Assembly: GCA_963706025.1 (NCBI GenBank)
Contig: CAVPLM010000017.1
Location: 8,058 to 72,057, forward strand
DNA: 64,000 nucleotides
Source of the DNA: an uncultured Actinomycetes bacterium
GTDB lineage: Bacteria > Actinomycetota > Thermoleophilia > RBG-16-64-13
Direction of reading: 5' to 3'
The translations under genes were made by a program, and so were the position numbers. The number at the start of each line of letters is the position of its first letter. The stretch's first letter is position 1. Below the pieces are notes generated by a model. That model was not told the origin of the DNA. It searched no databases and was given only the letters and a program-made list of their open reading frames with translations. Positions 1-14,247 of the stretch are shown piece after piece.

Positions 1-497
1 CTACCGTGGTAGCAGCCGTCGAATACGAGGACCAGGTTCCTTCCCGTAGCCATGCGGGCGAATCTGATGGCGAATCTGTCGGCATCGGTGGCGGTGGTGT
101 AGATCTGCCAGTAAGGCAGGCCGAAGCGGCGGGCAAGCTCTTCACCGACCCAGATGGCGTCCTCGGAAGGCAGCATGGTGGTCATGCCTCTGTAGACCTG
201 TCTGCAAATCGCTTCGGCAGTGGCTGCGGGAGAATGACCGGTCAGGGACCCGGAATCGCCCAGAGCCAGGTCGACGTAGGTGTGACCGTCCAGGTCTTTC
301 AGGCGGGCGTTCTTCGCCTCGCTGACGAAGATGGGGAAAGAACCAGGCCACTCCGTCATCCAGCCCATGGGGACGCCTCTGAACAGCGACTTCTTGGCGC
401 GCTCGAAAAGGTCGCGCGACTGGGGACGGTCGGCGACGTAGCGCTCTTCTTCACGCCTCGTGAGCGCACCGATCTTGTCTCTGGCGATCACTGACAT
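1..497 (-). CDS. Class III PLP aminotransferase, glutamate-1-semialdehyde aminomutase-like (5' part; runs off window edge)
   Basis: Read manually from ATG at 497: MSVIARDKIG...GVPMGWMTEWPGSFPIFVSEAKNARLKDLDGHTYVDLALGDSGSLTGH...LVFDGCYHG; GAAGGAAGG RBS upstream. Confidence 0.8.
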   Translation of the reverse strand, partial: MSVIARDKIGALTRREEERYVADRPQSRDLFERAKKSLFRGVPMGWMTEWPGSFPIFVSEAKNARLKDLDGHTYVDLALGDSGSLTGHSPAATAEAICRQVYRGMTTMLPSEDAIWVGEELARRFGLPYWQIYTTATDADRFAIRFARMATGRNLVLVFDGCYHG

Positions 498-563
498 GGT
501 GCCTTCCTTCGTCTCGCGAGCGGACCTAGCCCAAGCGGTGGGTCTGCCGCCGTTCCCGGCAGC

Positions 564-1818
564 CTAAGGGGCCGGAGTCTCGTGCAGCAAACGCCGTCGC
601 AGCAGATCGAGAGCGGCCAAGGCCGCCCGCTCCCTGATCTGGTCTCGGCGCCCGAAGAGGCGGAGCCGCTCCACCTCGGTGACACCGTGCACCACACTGC
701 CGATGAAGACCAGCCCGACCGGCTTCTCCTCGCTCCCGCCGTCGGGGCCGGCGACACCCGTGGTGGAGAGGGCGCAGCTCGCACGCAGCAGTCGTGCCGC
801 TCCCTCGGCCATGGCCGCCGCCACCTCCTCACTCACGGCTCCATGGGCGGCCAGCAGCTGCGCGGGCACGCCGAGGACTTCGGTCTTCACGTCGTTGCCG
901 TAAGCGGTGACCCCGCCGACGAAGTAGTCGCTGCTGCCCGGGACGTCGGTGAAACGCTTGGCGACCAGACCCCCCGTGCACGACTCGGCGACGGCTACCG
1001 TCAGTCCGGACCGGCGAAGAAGCTCACCCGTGATCTCCGGCAATCCCTCGCTGTCCACGCCGAACACCCTGTCGCCCAGGAGCGCGCAGATGCGCTCCTG
1101 CAGGGTCGTCCAGCTTCCGGGTCCCTTCGGGGGTCGCCGGGCCCCGCAGGATCACGGTGAGGCCGTCCAGCTGGGCTCGGGTCCCGATGTCCACCTCCGA
1201 GCCGCGCCAATCGAACTCCGCGAGCATCTCCGCCACCATCGACTCCCCGATGCCGAAGGTGCGTATCCGCCTGACCGCGTGGCCGCCCTCCGCGCCCGCG
1301 CGGGCGCGGAGCAGCGGCTCCACGGTGCCTTCCCACATCTCCTTGAGCTCCCAGGGCACCCCGGGCAGGGCGACCACGAGAGTGTCTCCGTGCTGCACGA
1401 GGAAGCCGGGCGCCGTGCCCGAGATGGGGATGGCGGAGGCTCCTCGGGGAAGCGAGGCCTGCTTGCGGTTGCTATCGCCCATGGTGAAGCCCCGGGAGGC
1501 GAAGCGCTCGCGGATGAGCTCCAGCAGGTCCTCGTGGTGTTCGAGCGGACGGCCGAGGGCTTCGGCGGCGGCTTCGCGGGTGAGGTCGTCTTCGGTGGGG
1601 CCCAGCCCGCCCGAGAGCACGAGCACCGCCGGGCCGCGCGCCAAGCTGTCCCGGATGGCCGCGACGATGGCGGGGAGTTCGTCGGCCACACAGAGGGCGT
1701 GAGTGGCGAGGATGCCCAGATCCAGTAGCCGCTCTCCCAGGTAGGCCTGGTTGGTGTTGACGGCGTCGCCGCGCAATAGCTCGTCGCCGGTGAAGATCAT
1801 CTCGGCCGCATTGTCCAT
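564..1818 (-). CDS. cinA: CinA competence/damage-inducible protein (MoCF-like domain + PncC NMN deamidase domain), split by a frameshift near 1100
   Basis: ORF 1024-1818 has TGDELLRG...SGGLGPTEDDLT; ORF 564-1067 has AESCTGG...STTGVAGPDGGSEEKPVG. Confidence 0.9.
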
Positions 1819-1836
1819 CGGTCATCCGCTCCGTTC

Positions 1837-1865
1837 TTCACAAGGGTCGCGTGACCCTGTATCAT
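1837..1865 (+). promoter_or_regulatory. Putative sigma70 promoter of the his/trp operon, with an inverted repeat in the spacer
   Basis: TTCACA (1837-1842), 17 nt, TATCAT (1860-1865); spacer contains AGGGTC-GCGT-GACCCT. Confidence 0.55.
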
Positions 1866-1903
1866 ACCCGGTCACCACCGAAGTGCTGATGGAGAACGAT
1901 GAG

Positions 1904-2029
1904 ATGAGCGACACGACCACACGCGCAACCGAGCGGCGCACCAGCGCCCAGCTCCCCACCGGGGCCGGTTTGCGGTGGCATCGTCAGCACCTTGGTCCTT
2001 TCCGCGGCTGGCAGCCTTCGTGGTTCTAG
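1904..2029 (+). CDS. Putative Trp-rich leader peptide (attenuator-type)
   Basis: MSDTTTRATERRTSAQLPTGAGLRWHRQHLGPFRGWQPSWF with 3 Trp near the C-terminus; GGAG upstream; followed by hairpin CCCCTCGCG-GTA-CGCGGGGGG; lies between the promoter and hisI-trpE. Confidence 0.5.
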   Translation: MSDTTTRATERRTSAQLPTGAGLRWHRQHLGPFRGWQPSWF

Positions 2030-2145
2030 CCCCTCGCGGTACGCGGGGGGCGCCTCCAGCGGCCGGATGATCCCGCGATCATCGTGGCCGGGTTCGGGCG
2101 CAGAGATGCGCCATCTGGCTGGCAAGTGACCACGAAAGGGATACA

Positions 2146-2660
2146 GTGCAAGATCGAGACGACAACCCAGAAGCCGTGAGCGCCGCCATTGGTGCGCCGG
2201 CCGCCGATGCAGCCGGCGCTACCGATGCGGCGCCGCCGACGAGGCCGGCGGTGCTCATGCCGAGAACACCGGTGCCACCGGCCTCGGCGCTCCTCTCGAC
2301 CTCTCCGGCATCAAGTACGACTCCCGAGGCCTCGTGCCGTGCATCGTCCAGGAATGGACCACGGGCGAGGTCCTCATGCTCGCCTACATGAACGCGGAGT
2401 CGCTTCGCCGGACTCTCGAGACCGGCACCACCTGGTTCTTCAGCCGCTCGCGCAACGAATTCTGGAACAAAGGGGCCACCTCCGGCCATTTCCAGAAGGT
2501 GCGCGAGCTCCGCTACGACTGCGACGGCGACACCCTGCTCGCCCTGGTCGAGCAGACGGGCGCCGCCTGCCACACCGGCGACTTCACCTGCTTCGACGGC
2601 CGATGGCTCAGCTCTCCCGCCGGAGAGCGGCCCCCGTTTCTCGCCCGCCGAGAAAGGTAG
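2146..2660 (+). CDS. hisI: Phosphoribosyl-AMP cyclohydrolase (frameshift near 2295; start uncertain)
   Basis: VLMLAYMN...[17 protein letters not shown]...DCDGDTLL...ACHTG motifs. Confidence 0.9.
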
Positions 2661-2666
2661 GCGGCC

Positions 2667-4203
<1,537 letters not shown>

Positions 4204-4206
4204 GTC

Positions 4207-4959
<753 letters not shown>

Positions 4960-4974
4960 GGGCCGGTGACGGCG

Positions 4975-6056
4975 ATGGCGACCGAACTGCTGACGCCGAT
5001 GTTGACGCCGACGCTGACGTTCACCGAAGTGCTGCAGCGTCTGGCCGAGGGGCGAGACCTCGCCGCGAGAAGAGGCCGCCGCGGCGCTCGACGAGCTGGT
5101 CGACGGCGAGGTCAGCGATGCTGAAGTCGGCGCCTTCCTCATGGGCCTTCGCGCCAAGGGGGAGACCGCCGACGAGATCGCCGGCCTGGCGGAGGCCATG
5201 CGCCGGCGGGCCGTGCGGGTGAGTCGTCCCGGAGCGAGGATGCGCTGGTCGACGTCGTCGGCACCGGAGGGGACGGCCGCGGTACGTTCAACATCTCCAC
5301 CACGGCGGCCTTCGTGGTGGCGGGGGCGGGGGTGAAGGTGGCCAAGCACGGGAACCGAGCGGCCAGTTCGCGCTGCGGCTCGGCGGACGTGCTGGAGGCT
5401 CTGGGGGTGCGGGTGGACCTCCAGCCGGCGGAGATCGCCGCCTGCATCGAAGAAGTGGGCATCGGGTTCATGCTGGCTTCGCTCCACCATCCCGCTTCGG
5501 GCAGGGTGGCAGGCGTGAGGAAGGCTCTGGGGGTGCGGACGGTCTTCAACTTCCTCGGCCCGCTGACCAACCCCGCCGGAGTCCGCAGATTGCTGCTGGG
5601 CGTGAGCGCGCCGGAGTACCTGGAGGTGCTGGCGGGGGCGCTCGCGCGCATGGGATGCGAGCGAGCGCTCCTCGTCCACGGTGAGGAGGGGATCGACGAG
5701 TTGTCGGTGACCGGAGCCAGCACGGTGCTGGAGGTGAACGAAGGACAGCGTGGCGCCGGCCCGCACCTTGTGCCCCGAGGAGCACGGGATCGCCCGTCAC
5801 GAACCGGCGACCTTGACCGGGGGCGATCCGCAGGAGAACGCGGCCATCACCCGGAGCGTCCTCGGCGGTAAGCGCGGCGGTCCTCGCGATGTGGTGCTGC
5901 TGAACGCGGGGGCGGCTCTGTACGTGGCCGGGGTCGGCCGGTTCCATAGACGAGGGCATAGGGCTGGCCCGGGCGTCCATCGACTCCGGCCGGGCCTCCC
6001 GGGTCTTGGAGGAGATGGTGCTGTTCACCAACCGAGCGGGGGCTGCATCAGGATGA
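4975..6056 (+). CDS. trpD: Anthranilate phosphoribosyltransferase (several frameshifts)
   Basis: [68 protein letters not shown]. Confidence 0.9.
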
Positions 6057-6981
6057 GCCCATCCGGCCATATCGCGAGCGGCGCCGAGGCCGGAAGGTCC
6101 GCCGGCGCGTCCACAGGCGCGCCGCCGTCGCGCTTGCGGCGCGCCGACTGGAACGCCGACCTACCTGGACCGGATCGTGCCTTCCGTCGTCGCCCGCCTG
6201 GAAGCACGGAAGCGGCAGGTCCCGCTGAGCGGAGCTCGAGGCTCTGCCCGCGCCGCGTCACCGATCTTCCTTCGCCGATGCTCTGCGGGCCGCGGACGTG
6301 TCGCTCATCGCCGAGGTCAAGCGGGCCTCACCCAGCAAGGGTCCGATCCGTCCGGGACTGGAAGTGGGTCCCCTGGTGAGGGCCTACGAGGCGGCCGGCG
6401 CCCGGGCGGTCTCGGTGCTCACCGAAGAGGACCACTTCCTGGGCGGTCCGGATGATCTCCGGGCGGCCGCGGCCGCAACTCAGCTTCCTCTGCTGCGCAA
6501 GGACTTCATAGTGGACGCGTACCAGATCCACGAGGCCCGGGCCTGGGGAGCCGACGCCGTACTTCTTATTGCCGCCCTGCTTTCTGACGAGGAGCTGCAT
6601 CGTTTCGCGGGACTGGCCGTCGAGCTGGGGCTCGACGTGCTGCTGGAGGTGCACGACCGGCCGGAGATGATCCGCGCGTTGTCGCTCGAGATGGTGATCA
6701 TCGGGATCAACAATCGCGACCTGCGCACGTTCACGGTCTCTCTGGGGGTGACACTCGACTTGGCCGGCCTCGTCCCGCCTGAGCGGCTTCTGGTGAGTGA
6801 GAGCGGGATCTGGACGCATGCCGATATCGTGCGGCTGGCGGCCTGCGGGGTTAGCGGAGTGTTGGTGGGGGAAAGTCTCCTGCGAAGCCCCGACGTGGGG
6901 GTCGCCGTCGAGGAGCTGATGCGACCCGTTCCGGTGGTGGCCCGAAGACCGATCGTCACTGTGAACAGAGAGGAGGCCTGA
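6053..6981 (+). CDS. trpC: Indole-3-glycerol phosphate synthase (5' frameshifts; intact core 6298-6981)
   Basis: IAEVKRASPSKG, SVLTE, LLRKDF, GINNRDL, VSESGI, LVGESL. Confidence 0.92.
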
Positions 6982-7818
6982 TGATCAAATCGCTGTTGGT
7001 GCCCATCGACTCGTCCGCCCATGCTCGGGCCGCACTGGATCATGCCTTGGGGCTCGGCAAGCTCTACAAGGCCAGGTTGACCGGCCTGTACGTTCTCGAT
7101 ATCCGATACTTGGAGATGCCGCCCTATCTCGACTATTCCTACACCTTCGAGGCAGTGCCTCCGACTCTCGTCACTCTCGACGTCATGGAGAAGTTCAGGG
7201 TCAAGAGCGAACGCATCCTCAACGATTTCCGCGAGGCGGTCGAGAGGGCGGGGCTATCGGTGGAGACTCGCACCGAGGAAGGGGTCCCGAGCCAGGTGAT
7301 AGCCGATGTCGGAGACTCTCACGACCTGGTCGTGATGGGCAAGCGAGGCGAGCATGCCAAGTGGGGTCGCGATCTTCTGGGTTCGACTGCTGAGCAGGTA
7401 GCCCGCCATTCGGCGACGCCGGTGTTCTTGGCGGAGGGCGATTCCCGGCCCATGGACAGAGCGCTGGTCCTCTTCGACGGCAGCCATCCGGCGAACCGGG
7501 CCCTCAAGCTGGCGGCCGATGTGGCCGCACATAGCGGTATGAGATTGAAGGTCGTGACCGCGGACGACGACGCCTCCCAAGGACAGTTCACTCAGGAAGA
7601 GGCCAAAGCCTATCTGGAACCGCGCGGCCTCGAGGTTACGTACACGGTGGTGCCCGGGCGGGCGGCCAAGGCCGCCGCGGGCCTCCTGGCAGAGGAGCCT
7701 GCCGACCTGGTGATACTGGGCATGCGTGGTCACTCGGCGCTCCACAATCTCATCCTGGGTAGCACGGCCGAGCATCTGCTGCGCTCGGTGGAGACTCCCG
7801 GTCCTTCTCGTGCCATGA
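6981..7818 (+). CDS. Tandem-domain universal stress protein
   Basis: Two USP domains (LLVPIDSS...VMGKRG...LGSTAE; LFDGS...LGMRG...LGSTAE). A +1 shift near 7800 restores VETPVLLVP* and separates it from corA. Confidence 0.85.
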
Positions 7819-8831
7819 CCGCCGTGGACATGAGAATACGGGTGCTCACGCCCGACGGCAGCCGGGATCTGGCACCGGAAGACCTGCCGGCTGTGCTCGC
7901 CGGGCTGGCGGCACCCGGCTGCCCGATCACCTGGGTCCACGCCGATCTGCAGGCACCCGTGGTCCAGGCGCTCGACGACATGGGCCTGGATGAGATCGCG
8001 GTCAAGAGCCTGCGCGATGGACCGGAACGTCCCCGTGTGGAGGAGTTCGCCGACCATCTCTACATCTCCCTTTTCTCAGCCGAGACGCCGATAGGCCGCG
8101 CCAAGAGCCCTTCCGCCGGCGTTGAGCCGGTCGCAGCAAGGGTCGACCCTGCTTGAGCTGCGGGAACTGAGGCTGTTCCTCGGTCCCGGTGGCTCATATC
8201 GGTCGGGCGCGTCGACGATGCCGACTACGAGACTCTCGCGGACAGGATGAGACGGCAGGTGTTCTCGCGGGAGAGGGGGGCCAGTTTCATCGCCTATCAC
8301 ATCTGTGAGTGGCTGGTGGAGAGCCTGCAGCCGGCCCTGGAGCGACTGGACGACCGGATAGACGCTCTGGAGGACCAGGTGATACTGGCCACCGGCGAGG
8401 CTTCCATGCAGGAGCTGTTCGGCCTCAAGCGCGATCTTGTCGACCTGCGCAGGCGGGTGGCGCCTTTGCGGGACGTGATGCAGCGGCTGGGGTCGCACGG
8501 GGTGCTCTATGTGGAGCCTGAGGCCGAGGTCTACTTCCGCGACGTGCACGACGACGTCATGCGGGACATCGAGCTCCTCGACACCTATCGCGACATCCTT
8601 TCGTCGGCCCTGGATCTGCACCTCTCCAGCGTGTCCAACCGGCTGAACCGGGTGATGAAGCAGTTGGCCGTGGTGGCCACCATGTTCATGCCCCTGTCGT
8701 TCATCGTCGGCCTGTTCGGCACCAACTTCTTCGGCATGCCCTACAGGAGCAATACCTGGTTCGTCATCATGTTCGTGCTCATGTTCATCTCGGTCGTGGC
8801 CATGCTGGTCTATACGTGGCGGAGGGCCTGA
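7815..8831 (+). CDS. corA: CorA/ZntB-family divalent cation transporter (frameshifts around 8090-8190)
   Basis: RPRVEEF, LKRDLVDLRR, YFRDVHD, NRLNRVMKQL...MPLSFIVGLFGTNF, two C-terminal TM helices. Confidence 0.85.
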
Positions 8832-8849
8832 GTCATCGGCGGCCCGGAT

Positions 8850-9752
8850 GTGATCGCGCGCCGGTCGATGCGACCGGATGGTCTCCCGCCGGGCCCGGTG
8901 GTGAAGATCTGCGGCCTCACCCGGGCGGAGGATGTCGTCTTGGCCCGCGACCTGGGAGCCTGGGCGCTGGGCTTCGTGTTCGCGCCCAGCCCGCGCCGGC
9001 TCACGCCGGCCGCGGCTCGGGAGCTTGTCGACCGTGTCGCGGCGACCCTCTGTCCAGCGCCGGGATCTTCGTCGGGCCTGTGCGCTGGGCGGCCCCTGCG
9101 TACAAGCGGCGACCGCAGCTCCTCTCGCCGTCGGCGTGTTCGGAGACGTGCCGGCCGCGGAAGTCGCGCGGATCGTGGAGCAGGTGGGGCTGGACGCGGT
9201 GCAATTGCACGGGGGATCGGGGCCCGAGGCCGGGTTGGTCAGGGAAGCGCTGGCAGGGTGGGAACCTCCTTTGCGGCTCGCCGGTCCGTGTCCGGTCGCA
9301 GGGCGGTCCGAGGGCGGCTCGAACCCCAGCCAGCCCCCGACAGGTTCTGCGCCCGAAGAAGGGTCGCTCGGCGTCTTGATCATCCAGGCCGTCCCGGTGG
9401 CTCTCGCCAGAATGACCGGGGCGCTCTCCGGGATTTGGTCGAGCGCGCGCGTGCCGGCGCCGACCTGGTCCTGCTCGACACCCGGGACGGCGGGGCGCTT
9501 CGGAGGTACCGGCACCCCCTTCCCCTGGGGACTGGCTCGAGAATCAGCGGTAGGGTCTCCGCTCCTGGTGGCCGGAGGCATCGATCCGGACAACGTGCTG
9601 GCGGCCCTGGAGGAATCCTCCGCTTGGGGGGTGGACGTGTCGAGTGGGGTGGAGGTGTCGCCGGGAGTCAAGGATGCCCGACTCATGGAACGGCTCTTTG
9701 CCCAGGTGGCTGAGGCGCGGCGCGCCGCCACTCGCGCGGATGGACCACGGAC

Positions 9753-9756
<4 letters not shown>
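8850..9756 (+). CDS. trpF: Phosphoribosylanthranilate isomerase (frameshifts; long insertions)
   Basis: VKICGLT, LGFVFAPSPR, VQLHG, LLDT, GGTG, VAGGI, GVDVSSGVE...PGVKD. Confidence 0.85.
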
Positions 9757-10935
<1,179 letters not shown>

Positions 10936-10939
<4 letters not shown>

Positions 10940-11736
10940 GCGCTCTCACCGAGGTCTTCCGAGATGCCGGGCACCCACTGCTCATGCCGTACGCGGTAGG
11001 TGGCTATCCCGATCCGGACTCGTGTCTCGAGATCCTCCGTACCTATGCCCAAAACGGGGCCGGCATCATCGAACTGGGGATACCCTTCTCTGATCCACTG
11101 GCCGATGGGCCTGTGATCCAAGCGGCCTCGCAGGTGGCGCTCCGGCAGGGGGTGCGGCCGGCACAGGTGCTCGATCTGGCCGGCCAAGCTGCCGGTGAGG
11201 GCGCGAAGGTAGTCCTTCTCAGCTATCTCAACACCATCCTGGCTCTGGGGGCCGCTGAGTTCTTCGACCGCTGTCGCGATCGCGGTGTCCTTGGGGTGGT
11301 GATACCCGACCTCCCGGTGGAAGAGGCCGGGGAGTTGCAGGCCGTCGCCGGGGCCAGGGGAGTGGACCTGATCCTGCTTGCGGCTCCCACCAGCACGGAC
11401 GCACGGCTGGCCCGCATCGCCGCGGCGGCCTCGGGTTTCATCTACTGCGTGTCCACCACCGGAGTGACGGGGACCAGGGCCGCGCTCCAAACCGGTCTCC
11501 CTGAGTTCGTGGCCCGGATCCGGCGGCACACCGACCTGCCTCTGGCGGTGGGATTCGGCGTGTCGACCGTAGAACAGGCGGCCACAGTGGCAACGTACGC
11601 CGATGGCGTCATCATCGGTAGCGCCTTGGTCGAGATGGTGGCCGCCGGCGAGGGCTTGGCCGCCTCTTTGGTCCGTATCGGCTCCTTCCTCCGGGAGACG
11701 GACGCGGCCATCGAGGCGACGAGAAAAGCCGGGTGA
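10936..11736 (+). CDS. trpA: Tryptophan synthase alpha chain
   Basis: ELGIPFSDPLADGPVIQ, PDLP, GFIYCVS..GVTG, VGFGVS, DGVIIGSA; GTG overlaps the trpB stop. Confidence 0.95.
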
Positions 11737-11778
11737 GGATACAGATGCGACTGAAGCGCCGGGTGAGGGCGCCTCTCC

Positions 11779-12279
11779 CTACTGGGTGATAAGGATGCCC
11801 TCGGTCGTAAGGTAGTCTTTGAGCGCCTGCGGCCGCACCCCGTACAGCCCTGAAAGATAGGCCAAGTCGTCCTTGCGGATGGTCAGCAGGTCGCGGGAGG
11901 GATCGTTCCTCAGTTCCCGGAGGAATCCCAAGTAAGTCTCCAGAGGCCGCCGCTCCTCAGGGGCCAACCTGTCCAGATGGTCAAGGCGGATGCGAAGCGG
12001 TCCGTTGCGGGTGAGGGTGCGCTGGAACTCGGCGTCGTCTTCTATGTCGAGCAGAGACATGGGTGACTGGCCGTAGATGGAGGCCAGCTCGTAGAGCCGC
12101 TCGAGGCTGAGGCTGCGCTTTCCGCGCTCATAGGCGCTGAGCGTCGACACCACGAAGGAGCCGCCCGACCGTTCGCAGACCTCCTGCAGGCTGAGGCCTC
12201 GGTCTTGGCGCAACCGGCGCAGCTTCTCGCCTACCAGTTCCGCGTAGCGCTTCTCTGTCGCTTCCTGCGCTCTCTCCAT
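11779..12279 (-). CDS. bldD: BldD-like XRE-family regulator with c-di-GMP-binding C-terminal domain
   Basis: N-terminal HTH (LRRLRQDRGLSL...SAYERGKRSLSLERL); C-terminal RND-PSRDLLTI-RKDD matches the RxD-x8-RxxD signature of BldD. Confidence 0.8.
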   Translation of the reverse strand: MERAQEATEKRYAELVGEKLRRLRQDRGLSLQEVCERSGGSFVVSTLSAYERGKRSLSLERLYELASIYGQSPMSLLDIEDDAEFQRTLTRNGPLRIRLDHLDRLAPEERRPLETYLGFLRELRNDPSRDLLTIRKDDLAYLSGLYGVRPQALKDYLTTEGILITQ

Positions 12280-12315
12280 AGCAATGAGTGTAGCAGCACT
12301 CCCTCAGGATATCTA
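12280..12315 (-). promoter_or_regulatory. Putative promoter giving a leaderless bldD transcript
   Basis: Minus strand: TAGATA, 17 nt, TACACT with extended -10 TG; the -10 ends 7 nt before the ATG; no SD. Confidence 0.5.
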
Positions 12316-12446
12316 TACCTTTTTTTATGCAACGACAGCGTCGTCTCTCACGCCTTGACTCTTGTTTCGTGAGGTCCGTGGAGATTCCTTCCCTGTCCTC
12401 CTCGGTCGTGAGCCCGAAACCGCTCGAACAGGGGAGGGAAAGCCGA

Positions 12447-12532
12447 TGCCGAAGGCGGGGGTCGAACCCGCACGAGGTGTGAGCCTCACTGGAGTTTGAG
12501 TCCAGCGCGTCTGCCAATTCCGCCACTTCGGC
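12447..12532 (-). tRNA. tRNA-Leu(CAA)
   Basis: GCCGAAGTGGCGGAATTGGCAGACGCG-CTGGA-CTCAAAC-TCCAG, long variable arm, GGTTCGACCCC, CTTCGGCA; CCA not encoded. Confidence 0.95.
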
Positions 12533-12694
12533 GCATCCGTGAACAGCAGGTAGCGGCGAATATTATAGTCGACGGCGACCGGATCCCATGGGCGTGGGCA
12601 AAAAGCCGTCCCCGAAGGCCCCGGACTGAGGAGCCGGGAACGTCCTGTGCGTGCCGAGCTTCCGCGGCCGGGCCTCCTTATGCAGCGGAATCGC

Positions 12695-12711
12695 ATTCCA
12701 TCAAGCGGGAT
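12695..12711. promoter_or_regulatory. Putative operator ATTCCR-N5-CGGRAT (copy 1)
   Basis: ATTCCA-TCAAG-CGGGAT; related sites at 17217 and 30756. Confidence 0.45.
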
Positions 12712-12921
12712 GGAACCATGCACAACCCCTGGAGTGGCGCGGCTGTCCTTATCCTTCGAATCCGAAATGATGTAGAGTAGAAATCACACTCGTACCTTAC
12801 CCGAGTGGAGTTAGGATCCATCATCTTGGGTATTTCTCTTACTGCCCGTCGAGGTCGTTGTGGTGCGTCCACACGATCGGGCGTCCAGGTAGGCAGGAAA
12901 CTGAAGCGTGGAGGTTGACGT

Positions 12922-13746
12922 ATGGAGAAACTCATCATCACCGTGGCGACGACCGGAGCCATGACCACCAAGGACAACACACCTTATCTGGCCACGGCTC
13001 CCGAGGAAATAGCCGAAGAAGTCTACATGGCCTACCAGGCCGGCGCCTCGATCGCTCACATCCACGTGCGCACGGACGAGGGCAAGGCCACCATGGACAT
13101 GGATAAGTTCCGCCAGACCGTCGGCCTAGTCCGGGAGAGGTGCGACATCATCATCAACATGACCTCGTCCGGGGGCCTCGGCTTCAGCGATGAAGAGCGC
13201 ATCGCTCCTCACCTCGAGCTCAAGCCCGACATGGGCACTTTCGACGCCGGCTCCATGAATTTCTACAAGGGGGTGTTTCTGAACCCCCCCGGTTTTCTGG
13301 AGAAGTTGGGCACGGCCTACATCGAGAACGGCATCAAGCCGGAGGTCGAGGTTTTCGACGCCGGCATGGTCTGGAACGCCAAGCGCCTGCTGAAGGACGG
13401 CTTCCTGAAGGCTCCCATTCACTTCCAGTGCTGTCTGCAGGTGCACGGGGGTATGGAAGGGACTCCCAAGAACCTTCTGCATCTGGTCGAGTCCCTTCCG
13501 CCGGGGTCTACCTGGTCGGCCTTCGGCTGCGGTCCCACCGCCCTCGCCATCACCACCATGGCCCTCCATATGGGCGGCCACGTGCGCGTGGGTATGGAGG
13601 ACAATGTCTACTTGACCAAAGGCGTGCTCGCGAAGCACAACTACGAGTTCATAGAGAGGGTCCAGCGTCTGGCTAAGGAATTCGAGCGGCCGGTGGCCAC
13701 TGTGGCCGAAGCCCGCGAGATACTTGGACTGCCGCCCAAGAAGTAA
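12922..13746 (+). CDS. Beta-keto acid cleavage enzyme (BKACE/DUF849); probable triacetate acetoacetate-lyase
   Basis: LIITVATTGA, AGASIAHIHVR, KPEVEVFD, GGHVRVGMEDN; phloroglucinol-pathway context. Confidence 0.85.
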   Translation: MEKLIITVATTGAMTTKDNTPYLATAPEEIAEEVYMAYQAGASIAHIHVRTDEGKATMDMDKFRQTVGLVRERCDIIINMTSSGGLGFSDEERIAPHLELKPDMGTFDAGSMNFYKGVFLNPPGFLEKLGTAYIENGIKPEVEVFDAGMVWNAKRLLKDGFLKAPIHFQCCLQVHGGMEGTPKNLLHLVESLPPGSTWSAFGCGPTALAITTMALHMGGHVRVGMEDNVYLTKGVLAKHNYEFIERVQRLAKEFERPVATVAEAREILGLPPKK

Positions 13747-13828
13747 GGTGTCATACCGTCCCGGTCGCGGGGAGGGTTGCCGGATCGAAATTGCGACGAC
13801 GGTCGCGGAAGGCAGGAGCGAGGGAAGG

Positions 13829-14171
13829 ATGAAAAAGGTCTCGGTTAGTGAAGCAGTGGAGTATGTGGCCCCCAAACACCACGGTTGCACCACGCTGCGG
13901 CTACAGGGTAAGGATGAGACGGGTATCTCGAAGTTCTCGGTAGGCTATTCGCATTTCCTGCCGGGCGGCGGAGCCGACTTCGACGCTTCCCCGACAGAGA
14001 AGGTCTATTTCTGCACTGCCGGTGAGATCACCATCACCGACAAGGACGGCAAGGACATAGTCCTCAAGCCGTTCGACTCGATCTTCATCGGTCGCCGACG
14101 AAGGCCGGTCCGTCAAGAACAAGACGCAGTTTCCCGCCAGCATGCTGGTGGTGATCAACTACCCGGCCTAA
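13829..14171 (+). CDS. Cupin-domain protein (frameshift near 14092)
   Basis: YVAPKHHG...SHFLPGGGA...EKVYF...GEITI; restored C-terminus ...PASMLVVINYPA*. Confidence 0.75.
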
Positions 14172-14247
14172 GGCTGGATCCGAGGCAGGACCTGGAGCCG
14201 TGACGGATGTCACGAGCAGCGTGTGAACATGAATCTGGAGGAGAGAA

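Noticed and set aside
6981-8156. Apparent USP-CorA fusion ORF (391 aa)
   Set aside because: One extra base near 7800 explains it; correcting it gives a normal USP end and an ATGA overlap with corA.
12840-12900. Stem-loop in the BKACE 5' leader (CTGCC...GGCAG enclosing TGTGG/CCACA)
   Set aside because: No match to a riboswitch I can recognise; plausible by chance at this GC content.
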